A DNA stretch of 33,903 nucleotides from an uncultured Bacilli bacterium (GTDB lineage Bacteria; Bacillota_I; Bacilli_A; RF39; UBA660): the NCBI GenBank assembly GCA_944333345.1, contig CALVKW010000003.1, forward strand, positions 1 through 33,903, in the 5' to 3' direction. The notes beneath the pieces were generated by a model. That model was not told the origin of the DNA. It saw only the letters and a list, made by a program, of their open reading frames with translations, and ran no database searches. Below are positions 1 to 9,688 of this stretch, piece after piece. The translations under genes were made by a program, and so were the position numbers. The first letter of the stretch is position 1; each line of letters opens with the position of its first letter.

Positions 1-5
1 ATGAG

Positions 6-2318
6 GTGAAAGGTATGGGATTATTAATAGATGTTACACCATATTTAAAAACAATACCAGGTATGACCGATGAAGAAATTTCAAATATAAAAACAAGACA
101 ACAATTAGCACAAATCATACAAAAAAATAACTTAACTGATAAAATCCCGCTAAGTATTCAGTTAAAAAACAACTTCATATTTTTAAAAAATGTGTCAAAA
201 AATGCTAGAAAATATGGAGCCTATAGTAAAGGATATATAACCTTAAAAGGATTAATTCAAAATACACATGGCATAAACTGGACTTACAATAACAATAGTA
301 ATATGGAAGAAATTATCACGAACTTAGCAATAAACTCAGATGCTTCTACAAACATAGAAGAGTTAAATATCAAAGCAGTTGCCATAAATAATCTTTATAG
401 AACAGAGGTTGCTTACGATAATTTAATAGAGGATTTTAAAAGCGGAAAATTAGAAGATGATGCCTTTTTCCATTTATTAGAAGAAAGTCTAAAAAAATAT
501 TATGAGGAAAACAATGAATTAGAGTCCATGGTAGAAACAATGAAGTACTGCTATAGGAATTATGATAAAGATGAGGCATTATTTAACATGTCTTGTTTAT
601 CGGTTTTAGTGACCATATTTGATATGAGTGTAGAACTAGGACCAGCGAGTTTTTATCATGAAGGAGATTGGGATTGTAATATTGTCATTGATAAGGATTC
701 CAAAAGAAAGTCAAAAACACATTGCCATGAACTAGGTCATGCCATTTATTCTAAATTAAGGAATAGAAAAACTCCAACAGACATGAAAAGACTAATAGAG
801 GAATTATCTGGAAAAAATATAGATAAAGTGGAAGAATTTATAAAAAATATAGAGAAATACTATGACTATAATATGGATATTTATCATCAAAAAATAGAAG
901 AATGGAGAGAAAAATATAAAGAATCTTACTATAGCAAATTAGAAAATTGTGATAGAAATAATTATTCTGTATTCTTAGAAGAAGTAAGAAAATTATGTAA
1001 AAGCGAAGAGATATATCAGTACTTACTTCATGATTTGGATTTCTTTCTACCAGAAGAAGAGTATCATTCACTAGATGAAAAGGAGTACAAAAGTAGACTG
1101 GATAATATATTTAATAAACTATTTGACCACAATAATTCTATGGAATTAGATAGAGACATAACAATGAAATTAGATGCCGTAGTAGGCCTTGCAGAAGATT
1201 TATTATCTGGAATATATGTAGACAACTATACCAGTGATGGGTTTGCTCTAAATTATGGAAGATTTCATCTCAGCGACTACTATTACGACATGGACTTCGA
1301 AATAAGATACGAAGACAAAGTCTTTAGTGAACTATTTGCTAACTATAACGCACTAAGAATGACAAACCAAAAAATTCCATTAGAATTAGTACAACTATTA
1401 GGAGAGGAATTGTTTCAAAATTTAATTTCTGTCTATGAAGGTATTCCACAAGAAAAAGTAGAACTAGAAAAGTATGTAGCAACTTCTCCAATAATAACAA
1501 AAGAAATTACAGAATATCAACATCAAGATTCGAAACCGAATAGATATTATATTAAATATTCTGAAGAATCAAGAGATTCTCTAAGATTAGATAAAATACC
1601 TATGATGGATGCCCTATGTACAGAAGAAATAAAAAAATATGGAAAAAAAGAAGGAACAAACAGATTTATTAATAGTCTATTAAATTATTACGAAAGAAAT
1701 TGTGATGGTATGGATACCAAGACTCTTGAAACTTATGCTAGTCACAGTGATGGAGAGATTATTAATATAATAAATCAAAGAATTAATGCCGAAGATATGA
1801 ATGGTGAACCAGTCTTTACAGAAGAAGAAAAAAGAAAGTTAGAAAAAAGAAGAGATGAAGTCCTATATGATACATTAAAAATGTTAAAGGAGGAAGATTT
1901 ATTAGAAAATCTAAACTTTCCAACGGCTTATCTAGAGCCGGGACAATCTCCAACCTATGATGATAAATTATATGAAGTAGACGAAGGATATCTAGATTAT
2001 AACAATCCTAATGCATCAAGAATAGAATATTATAAAAAATATATTGATCGACTTAATATAGAATATTATGCGAATATAACGTTAGAAGATGATAGTATGG
2101 TTACCGAAATATCAAATCATATGTACGATTTGTTTGATGATGATCAATACGATATTACAAAAATCAAAAAAGTTTTCATCACCAAAGATGAAAAAAGAGA
2201 ACAAGAAACAGAAGAGGAAAGAAAAGAAGGAACTTTAGTATTTAAATATGATGAACCATTAAGCGAAATCAAACAAAGATTACAAGAACAATGTAAAAAG
2301 GAAGCTAAATCAAAATAA
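6..2318 (+). CDS. Large acidic protein with zincin-like metallopeptidase motif (probably 5'-truncated by the window edge)
   Basis: HELGH (HExxH) at ~nt 726-740, later DLLSG...H-x3-YY and FSELFANY (candidate third zinc ligand E). The frame is open to the window start (GAG at 3-5). Confidence 0.6.
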   Translation: MKGMGLLIDVTPYLKTIPGMTDEEISNIKTRQQLAQIIQKNNLTDKIPLSIQLKNNFIFLKNVSKNARKYGAYSKGYITLKGLIQNTHGINWTYNNNSNMEEIITNLAINSDASTNIEELNIKAVAINNLYRTEVAYDNLIEDFKSGKLEDDAFFHLLEESLKKYYEENNELESMVETMKYCYRNYDKDEALFNMSCLSVLVTIFDMSVELGPASFYHEGDWDCNIVIDKDSKRKSKTHCHELGHAIYSKLRNRKTPTDMKRLIEELSGKNIDKVEEFIKNIEKYYDYNMDIYHQKIEEWREKYKESYYSKLENCDRNNYSVFLEEVRKLCKSEEIYQYLLHDLDFFLPEEEYHSLDEKEYKSRLDNIFNKLFDHNNSMELDRDITMKLDAVVGLAEDLLSGIYVDNYTSDGFALNYGRFHLSDYYYDMDFEIRYEDKVFSELFANYNALRMTNQKIPLELVQLLGEELFQNLISVYEGIPQEKVELEKYVATSPIITKEITEYQHQDSKPNRYYIKYSEESRDSLRLDKIPMMDALCTEEIKKYGKKEGTNRFINSLLNYYERNCDGMDTKTLETYASHSDGEIINIINQRINAEDMNGEPVFTEEEKRKLEKRRDEVLYDTLKMLKEEDLLENLNFPTAYLEPGQSPTYDDKLYEVDEGYLDYNNPNASRIEYYKKYIDRLNIEYYANITLEDDSMVTEISNHMYDLFDDDQYDITKIKKVFITKDEKREQETEEERKEGTLVFKYDEPLSEIKQRLQEQCKKEAKSK

Positions 2319-2328
2319 GGTGTAAAAA

Positions 2329-2778
2329 ATGAAAAAAAGTTTTAAAGTGTATTTACCAAAAGTATACAGTAGATTTATACTAACCGTTTTTTTTATCATT
2401 ATGCTTGTTCCTATAATATTTACAATAATAAATAAAAATAATTGGATATCGCTGATTGTATTTTTCTTATTATTTTGGCCTTTTCTTCTTGCAGCAATAT
2501 GGAGTTATCGCTTTAAAATTATAGTAAAAAACGATACTATAACTGTAAAACGGGGAATAGGAAAAGAATATAGTTTTAATGTCAATGAAATAACTAAAGT
2601 AGTTCATCGTATAAATAAATACAACCAGACAGAAACACTCGTTAAAATAACGATATACACAAAAAGAAAAAAGGTATCTATAGAGTCTCTTATGATAGGT
2701 ATGGAGAAGATGTCTTCTTATATCACAGAGAATGTAGATTCCAATAAGATAATAACAAAAGAAAGAGTATGGAGATAA
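2329..2778 (+). CDS. Membrane protein, two N-terminal TM helices plus a beta-rich (bacterial PH-like/DUF6560-like) domain
   Basis: Two hydrophobic segments, then a soluble beta-rich region; SD AAGGTG upstream. Confidence 0.6.
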   Translation: MKKSFKVYLPKVYSRFILTVFFIIMLVPIIFTIINKNNWISLIVFFLLFWPFLLAAIWSYRFKIIVKNDTITVKRGIGKEYSFNVNEITKVVHRINKYNQTETLVKITIYTKRKKVSIESLMIGMEKMSSYITENVDSNKIITKERVWR

Positions 2779-2790
2779 AAAGGAGTAAAA

Positions 2791-3927
2791 ATGAAAGATT
2801 TAGATAAAAAAATAATTGTGTTTAGTATCATAGGATTTTTATTTTTATTAGGATATTTTAGCCTATCTATTATTGTAGTAATAGAAGAAAGTATAATAAA
2901 ATCATTTTTCTTATTTATCATACAAATAAGTCTTTATATATTATTTTTAATATTTGCTGCTATTGCAATCATATTCGCTATAATAAATTATAAAAAAAGT
3001 AATACAAATTCTAAAACAAGAAAAATATTAATAGCTATATTTAGTTGTTATGCAGTAATTATTATCTTTTCTTTATTATTTCCAAAAATGATAGGAATAA
3101 TAAAAGAACAGATAATAGAAGAAAGAATTGTAAATCCTGCCAAAAAAGTGATAGAAGAAACAATCACTGACAAAAAAGACATATACTTAATAGATGATAT
3201 TAAAAATAAAAATGTAGACTATGCAAACAATTCTTATATAAAGAACTTTAATAATAATCCAACTTTTTGTCTAGAAGGAAAGAATTATATAATATCAGGT
3301 ACATTAGATGATTATAAAGTAAAAACATCATTAACCAAAAAAAATAACTGTGAACTAACTCTTACCGAAGATGAAGTAAAAACATATCTAAAAAAATATT
3401 ATGAAGAAAACTATAAAGATTTAAATATAGAGGAAATCACCTCAGAAAGAGAATGTTTTTCCAGCGGTTTTTCGATAAAATGTACAAACAAATATAACGC
3501 CCAAATAGATACTTACTATGGACAAATTAACTCAACTTTAAGCATAGAAAATAAAAAAATCAAAATAACAGATAATACAGAGGAAGTATATAATAATTTA
3601 GATGAGAAAACAAAAACACTAAGTAAAGTAGCAACCTATGTAGAAGACTATCAGAATACAGATACAATAACAATAAATAACGATATATATGATGTCTATT
3701 ACAACTCATCAAATCCTGAAATTATAATGATTATGAGTTCTCTAGATATAGAAGAGGGATATCAATTTATGGAAAGTCTTGCTAATTATATGAAAGAGGA
3801 TAATGTTTCCATCCTTTTTGGTAGAAAAGTATGGACAGAAGATAGAAAAGAAATAGTATTTGACTACACGATATATTTAAAAATTATAAATGGTGAAATA
3901 TCTTTGACCAAGGAAGGAAATAGTTAG
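2791..3927 (+). CDS. Membrane-anchored protein, three N-terminal TM helices plus a large extracellular domain with paired Cys
   Basis: Hydrophobic N-terminal ~100 aa; SD AAGGAG upstream. Confidence 0.65.
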   Translation: MKDLDKKIIVFSIIGFLFLLGYFSLSIIVVIEESIIKSFFLFIIQISLYILFLIFAAIAIIFAIINYKKSNTNSKTRKILIAIFSCYAVIIIFSLLFPKMIGIIKEQIIEERIVNPAKKVIEETITDKKDIYLIDDIKNKNVDYANNSYIKNFNNNPTFCLEGKNYIISGTLDDYKVKTSLTKKNNCELTLTEDEVKTYLKKYYEENYKDLNIEEITSERECFSSGFSIKCTNKYNAQIDTYYGQINSTLSIENKKIKITDNTEEVYNNLDEKTKTLSKVATYVEDYQNTDTITINNDIYDVYYNSSNPEIIMIMSSLDIEEGYQFMESLANYMKEDNVSILFGRKVWTEDRKEIVFDYTIYLKIINGEISLTKEGNS

Positions 3928-3944
3928 ATACTAACTATTTTTTT
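3918..3944 (+). terminator. Intrinsic terminator
   Basis: AAATAGTTAG-ata-CTAACTATTT followed by a T run. Confidence 0.75.
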
Positions 3945-3967
3945 CATTTATTTTTAAACAAGGAACA

Positions 3968-3976
3968 TGATATAAT
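3968..3976 (+). promoter_or_regulatory. Extended -10 sigmaA promoter
   Basis: TGATATAAT, followed by SD AGGAG and ATG at 4001. Confidence 0.7.
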
Positions 3977-4000
3977 ATTGCCAAAAAAGAAGGAGATAGG

Positions 4001-4910
4001 ATGAATCAAAAAATATTAAAATTACTTTTTGATTATTCAAAACAAGGAAAGATAGTAGACATAAACTACATAGACAAATTAATAGAAATTGTAGTAAGTG
4101 AAAAAGACCTTAATAGATATGTTAAAGAAAAAAATAATGACAAAGGATGATTGCTTTACAAAAGAAGATAGAGATTATAATCAAATTACATTAGCAATCT
4201 ATGATGGATTTGAAACGATACGTCTTTATGCAAATAATATAAATAAGGTATTAGGATATTATACCCAGTACTTTCCACTATTTACTTCTATAGAACAATA
4301 CTTTTTCCAAAACATAATAATATCACAATCGGTTTTACATGAATTTGAACACGTCAATCAAGATAAAATGATAGCTGAAGATAACGAAGAAGAAAGTTTA
4401 GAAACAACGATATTAAAATTAACTGTCAAAAAATTTGATCCCGAAGATATACAAAAATTAATAGAAGATGGATGGACTTTTCAGGAAATAGAAATTGCTA
4501 TGTGTCTTGAATATAGAAAGAAAATAGAAAAATATAAGATTAATCCAAGTGAAAGACTGGCCGAAATTAAATCATATCAACAAATATTAGATATGTTAGA
4601 AATAATAAAAGTTTTTACACCGAATCTCATAGATTATGAAGAAACATCTCAGATGGAGAAATTTTTAAGAGGTTATAAAGAGTACTGGGGGATGATAATT
4701 GCGCCAACCTATGAATATATCCTAGATTCTAGAGCCCTTCAAAAACTTTCTAAATTTCATGCCTATCTGAATTATGATGACAGTCTAAAAGGAATAAAAA
4801 AATACCATTCCTTAGAAACAAGACTAACTTACGGATTGCCAATTGATTGGCAAGAATATCAATATGGCCAAGATGTAGTTCAAATGTCAAAAAAATATAA
4901 TGGAGGATAA
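4001..4910 (+). pseudogene. Frameshifted HExxH zincin-like protein (true start 4001; +1 shift near 4124-4134)
   Basis: The promoter and SD point to ATG 4001 (MNQKILKLLFDYSKQGK..., TGA at 4148-4150). Removing one base at the A7 run joins it to the 4098..4910 frame, which contains VLHEFEHVNQ and PSERLAE. Confidence 0.65.
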
Positions 4911-4922
4911 AAACAGTAAAAT

Positions 4923-4951
4923 TTGACATATAACCAAACAAGAAGTATAAT
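4923..4951 (+). promoter_or_regulatory. Perfect consensus sigmaA promoter
   Basis: TTGACA (4923-4928), N17, TATAAT (4946-4951). Confidence 0.85.
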
Positions 4952-4976
4952 ATGCACTACTTAAAGGGGGATTAGT

Positions 4977-5615
4977 ATGGACTTAAAAATGGTAATTACT
5001 GGATTAACAGGTCAAATTGGTGAGTTAGAAAAAGAGATAAAAGAGGTAAAACAGGAAAAAGAAGTACTAGAGCTTATGGATGGTTAAAAAAATGTTAAAA
5101 ATCCTACACTAGGATATAATACAATGTTTTTTAATCAAGAAATATCAAAAGATGCAATGGAAGAATTTATCAGTTTATTAGAGGCTGATGAATATTTAAA
5201 AGGTCAATCAAATGGAGGACATGATTTTGGTGGGGAACATAAAAGAGAATCAACGTTTGATCATTATTACTTAACATTTGGAGAAGGAACACTACTAGAG
5301 TTGACATTTAGAGAGTCAGAGTTCAAGGGGTATGAAGAAATATCTAGAGAACCAATCAAAGAGTGTGGTGTATCATGTAAAATGTATATCAGTGAAGAGG
5401 ATTTAGTATTTCAAACATCATATGAATATGGATTCCCTATGTTAAAGATGAATCAAGGAGAAAATGAAATCTTTTCATCACCAACACTAAAAAATGACTA
5501 TAGTCAATGTAACGGTAGAAAAGTAAATGAAGTATTATCTCCAATTTCACCAGAGACATTAATTGAAAGATTTTATGAAAAAAAACAACAAGAAGTAAAG
5601 AAACAGACCAAATAA
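4977..5615 (+). pseudogene. Hypothetical protein with in-frame premature TAA (codon 37)
   Basis: SD AAAGGGGG and ATG 4977 (MDLKMVITGLTGQIGELEKEIKEVKQEKEVLELMDG*) are in frame with the 5124..5615 ORF; single stop at 5085-5087. Confidence 0.7.
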
Positions 5616-5651
5616 ATATATAAAATCAAATGATAAAAAGGAGAAAATTAA

Positions 5652-6641
5652 ATGAGAAAAAATGAATATATGAGAAATAAAACTGAGTTTGAAAACGCAA
5701 TGGAAAGACAAGGATTTAGAAAACATAAAAAACGTGGTGCTTGGATAAAATGTGGATTAGGTATGTTTTTAACAAATACGAGTGATTTTGATGAGAATGA
5801 TGATTATTTAGATATCATGAAAACAGATCAATTCTACCAAGGTTATTTAGAGATGGGTTGTGAATTAGTTCTTGGACCTGCAGTAGCAACAACAGCTGAT
5901 GGAAAAACACATGCTAAACATGCAGTATATTTAAAAAATTATCAAGAATATTTTGAAAAACTAGAAAAAATATATCAAGAAAGACAAAAAAATGATACTC
6001 TACCAAAATCCATTTCTGAAGAAAGAAAACAAGAAACAGCACCTACTCCAGAAGAAGTAAATAAAGATTCTGAAGAAAATGAAATAGATAAAATTGTTGC
6101 TCAATTTCAACGCATTGCAAATAATTACGAGTTGGCCAGAAAACATTCAATGATTGGGTTTGGTTTTAACATGGAAGATATGATTGATACAGCAATTGAC
6201 AATCTATATAGTTTAGAACAAGAAGTAGCAAAAAAACATCAGGGAAAGGAACTATACGATATCATATGTAGCTTACAAACCAACCTAACTGGAATAGAGT
6301 CTTGTAAGCCTCATATCATTTATGCACTAGAGACTAGTTTATTTAACCAAATTGCAAAAGATAAACAAACAGCACCATCCGATAAAATAAATACCAATAT
6401 TGCTTATGGTTATACTGCGTTAAATGAAAGAGGCTCTAGTGATATAAGTGACTTTGTAGAAAGAGTAAATACCTATCCACTAGAAGAAAGATGTGCAATA
6501 ATAACTGGTATAGCAAAGCAATATGCAGATAAGAATACTGAACTTCCCAATAGCGCAGTAACAATGTTTCATAATATAAGAGAAGGAATTTTTCAAGAAA
6601 TATTTTCTGATCAGTCAATGAAAAATATAGTTAAACAATAA
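5652..6641 (+). CDS. Hypothetical protein; N-terminal domain shared with the 11035 ORF, then a linker and a helical C-terminal part
   Basis: 329-aa ORF, SD AAGGAG; motifs GCELVLGPA and HAVYLKNYQE. Confidence 0.75.
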   Translation: MRKNEYMRNKTEFENAMERQGFRKHKKRGAWIKCGLGMFLTNTSDFDENDDYLDIMKTDQFYQGYLEMGCELVLGPAVATTADGKTHAKHAVYLKNYQEYFEKLEKIYQERQKNDTLPKSISEERKQETAPTPEEVNKDSEENEIDKIVAQFQRIANNYELARKHSMIGFGFNMEDMIDTAIDNLYSLEQEVAKKHQGKELYDIICSLQTNLTGIESCKPHIIYALETSLFNQIAKDKQTAPSDKINTNIAYGYTALNERGSSDISDFVERVNTYPLEERCAIITGIAKQYADKNTELPNSAVTMFHNIREGIFQEIFSDQSMKNIVKQ

Positions 6642-6674
6642 AAACTACTTGAATACTACGAAAAGTAGTTTTTT
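6641..6674 (+). terminator. Intrinsic terminator
   Basis: AAAACTACTT...AAGTAGTTTT inverted repeat with a T tail. Confidence 0.65.
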
Positions 6675-6689
6675 ATATTAAAAAAACTA

Positions 6690-6698
6690 TGTTATAAT
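6690..6698 (+). promoter_or_regulatory. Extended -10 promoter
   Basis: TGTTATAAT upstream of the SD and ATG 6721. Confidence 0.7.
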
Positions 6699-6720
6699 AA
6701 AAAACTAAGGAAGTGATAAA

Positions 6721-7509
6721 ATGGCAGATTCAAAGAAAATAGAAGGGGAACTATATATCGCAACCTATGGTAGTAGTAAAGAACGTGATTTCAGTAAAAG
6801 AAATCAAATCTGGAAAGAAATAAAAGATAACAAAGAATTATTACTAGATGCCATTCAAGTAATAAGAAATAGATGGAATGACGGAGATACATTAAAAAGT
6901 TTGGCCATATCAGAAGCAATACTATCATCTGCAGTAACAGAAGACAAAGCACCAGATAAAATTTATAAAAAACTAGCAGGAGAAGTTTACAGCAACAAAG
7001 ATATCGCAAGAATAGCACTAACTGCCCCAGGTTTCGGAGGACAAGGGAACTCTTTCTTATTAATCAGCCTATGGAAAGAAGATTTCCCCCTAACCGAAGC
7101 ACAAAAACAATTTGCGGTATCAGAAGCAAAAGAAAAAGTTAATAATAATATCACCCATGGCTATGGTGAATATGATATAAGATATTATATTTTAAGGAAT
7201 CAAAATTGGACCGAAGAAGAAAAATCACGTCTTATAATGGACTTTTATCCAAGACAAGAAGAATATGAAAATATGTTAGATGCTTGGGAATGGGGAATAG
7301 TAAATGGATGTGTGGGTCACGGACCTATACTAGATAAAACGGAACTTTATGAATATTCTTATGATCAAATACATCATCTTTATCGAAATCAAGAAGTAGC
7401 AGACAGTATATGGAGTGAAATAGAATTCTGTAGACAAATGAATAAATTAAGGACTTGGAAAAATATACCAGTACAAAAAAAGAATGCAAGGCCTATACCA
7501 AAGAATTAA
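6721..7509 (+). CDS. Hypothetical protein
   Basis: 262-aa ORF with promoter and SD; no recognised family. Confidence 0.7.
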   Translation: MADSKKIEGELYIATYGSSKERDFSKRNQIWKEIKDNKELLLDAIQVIRNRWNDGDTLKSLAISEAILSSAVTEDKAPDKIYKKLAGEVYSNKDIARIALTAPGFGGQGNSFLLISLWKEDFPLTEAQKQFAVSEAKEKVNNNITHGYGEYDIRYYILRNQNWTEEEKSRLIMDFYPRQEEYENMLDAWEWGIVNGCVGHGPILDKTELYEYSYDQIHHLYRNQEVADSIWSEIEFCRQMNKLRTWKNIPVQKKNARPIPKN

Positions 7510-7525
7510 GAAAGAAGGAAAGAAT

Positions 7526-8536
7526 ATGGAACAAAGAAAAGAATTTAATTGTAGGGTAAATGATTTACTTGCCCTATATCATATACAAGATGATTTTGAA
7601 AACTTTAATGAACAGTTAAAGGAATTAGCTAAAAATAATAAAATGGCTGATATTATTCATTATCTAATAAAAGCATCCATGGGAATGTTTAGTCTAACAA
7701 AAAGGAAAATAACTAGATTTTATCGTGAAAATCAAACAGTCATGGATAAAATTAATAAACATTCTGATATTTTTATATTTCTATCTTCCAATTATGAAAG
7801 AAATGGAACCGCAAAAGAAGGTATCCTTGGTTACTATCATTATTTATTAGCTCATAAGGATCAACAAGACAATATTTTAGCGTTATTAGAGAAACTAAAA
7901 GACTTAGAAATAAAAGATATCAAATTGATAGAAGGAAAAGATTTTAAAAACGAAGAATATAGCATAAGTAGCAATAGTTTTTGCTCTCCACCACGGTTTT
8001 CTTTTCTAGAAAATATGAAGATAATACCAGAATATCCATCTTCCACTATGAAATATAAAACAACAGGCTCCAATTATAAATTAATGATAGGTTCCTCTTT
8101 ATCCTACAGTAGCACTCCGCTTATTCCTGGTATGAATCATATTGAGGTAAGCAATCTAACATTCAATCCGCAATCTCTTCCAAACAAAATCACTAAGGAA
8201 TCTACCTATGATAAAATTATACAGCTATCTAAAGGAACAAATATTCAACAGGAGTTAAGGGAAGTGGTTAACTTGAGCATAAGTATTCATGATTTAGAAG
8301 AACAAGCAAAATCTACGGCTACCACTTTTGGAAAAGTAGACGGGATGAATGAAAGTCCAGATTTTTTAGAGGCGCTAACACAAATTAGAAGTGGAATTAG
8401 TAAGCTATACGCATTAGAAGAAAGCCACGAACAAGCTTTAACAACAGAAAATCCAGAGCTTACTAGACAATTAATTCAAGAAGAACAGAAAAAACATTTA
8501 AAAAGAAGAGAACTTAGTACATTAGACATTGATTAA
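7526..8536 (+). CDS. Hypothetical protein (start moved from 7484 to 7526)
   Basis: SD GAAGG before ATG 7526 removes the overlap with the upstream gene. Confidence 0.7.
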   Translation: MEQRKEFNCRVNDLLALYHIQDDFENFNEQLKELAKNNKMADIIHYLIKASMGMFSLTKRKITRFYRENQTVMDKINKHSDIFIFLSSNYERNGTAKEGILGYYHYLLAHKDQQDNILALLEKLKDLEIKDIKLIEGKDFKNEEYSISSNSFCSPPRFSFLENMKIIPEYPSSTMKYKTTGSNYKLMIGSSLSYSSTPLIPGMNHIEVSNLTFNPQSLPNKITKESTYDKIIQLSKGTNIQQELREVVNLSISIHDLEEQAKSTATTFGKVDGMNESPDFLEALTQIRSGISKLYALEESHEQALTTENPELTRQLIQEEQKKHLKRRELSTLDID

Positions 8537-8554
8537 GAAAAAAGGTGAAGAAAT

Positions 8555-9538
8555 ATGAAAAACAATTATCCAATTAAATATGCAGCGATGCCTATTATGG
8601 GTTATGTTGCATGGCAAAGAGAAGAAGCAATCGCATACATTGCCTCAAAATGTTTTCAACTAAAAGAAACAACAGAATACTTTAGAAATGGTGACATAGA
8701 AACAAGCTATTCCGTACTATTTCCATATAAAAAAGTAGTAGATAACAGCAACTCTATGAGATGGGAAAGAATAGAACCATCTATAGAAAATGAACAAGAA
8801 ATAATAACCGTAAGAAACGTATATAACACGATCGAAGAAGCAGAGCAAGAAGCGGAAAGAAACAATAAAATATTATTAGAGCAAAAACTAAGAAATATCT
8901 ATACAACCGCCGATAATTTTCAACAGGAACGAAAAAAAGTAGAAAAAAACCATCAAGAACAAATAGAATTTTACAAAAAATTAGAACAAGAAATCGAAGA
9001 AAAAACAAAAGATTTAACGATAGGCCTTCCACCAAAGTTACAAAATGTTATTGTCATGGATAATAGTGGAATAAAGGAATACGAATTATCATTATATGAA
9101 TACGTTTGGTTTGTAGATAGAACCCCTTTTACTGTTTTTCATATATCGGAAGATGCTTATCAAAATTTAAGTAAAAAAATAGCCGAATATAAAGAAATAG
9201 AACCAGGGGATATCATAGAAATAGAGCCTATTTTAATATACGATTCAGAAAAGAAATTAATGCAACTAAGAAATCCTAATGGAGAAGAAAATGAAGGCTT
9301 CCTATATCTAAGATCTCACAGAGGTCAAAAATATATGTATTACGAGGAAAGTCAAGAACTAACCTTAGAGGATATAGCATCTCATCCAGATGAAAAAAAG
9401 ATATTTACCATGGAAACCTATGAAGATATTGTAGCCTCTTATCTTCCATATTTTATTTTCCCAGAGGAAAAATCTCCCGAGAAGAAAAAAACACATTGCA
9501 AAACAATGGTTAATCCTAATATTACTTTGGCAAAGTAG
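8555..9538 (+). CDS. Hypothetical protein with central coiled coil
   Basis: 327-aa ORF, SD AAGGTGA. Confidence 0.7.
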   Translation: MKNNYPIKYAAMPIMGYVAWQREEAIAYIASKCFQLKETTEYFRNGDIETSYSVLFPYKKVVDNSNSMRWERIEPSIENEQEIITVRNVYNTIEEAEQEAERNNKILLEQKLRNIYTTADNFQQERKKVEKNHQEQIEFYKKLEQEIEEKTKDLTIGLPPKLQNVIVMDNSGIKEYELSLYEYVWFVDRTPFTVFHISEDAYQNLSKKIAEYKEIEPGDIIEIEPILIYDSEKKLMQLRNPNGEENEGFLYLRSHRGQKYMYYEESQELTLEDIASHPDEKKIFTMETYEDIVASYLPYFIFPEEKSPEKKKTHCKTMVNPNITLAK

Positions 9539-9688
9539 GAGAAAGCCCTGACTTAGACAACACATTAAAAACAGAAATGGTAAATAATCTTATATCTTAT
9601 CAAATAGAGAAATCTTAAACGCAACAAAACCATCATCATTTAAGAAATTTGATAACACACGATTCTAAAAAGAAACGAGGAAATTATT

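Noticed and set aside
4148-4150. TGA=Trp recoding (Mollicute code 4) to explain the interrupted ORFs
   Set aside because: Reading through TGA 4148 hits TAG within 7 codons, the other lesions are a TAA and a frameshift, Trp is encoded by TGG, and TGA ends genes at 27296 and 33057.
9520-9618. Short protein-like frame (YYFGKVGESPDLDNTLKTEMVNNLISYQIEKS*) after the 8555 gene
   Set aside because: No start codon or SD at its beginning and no recognisable homology; it may be a gene remnant but cannot be supported.
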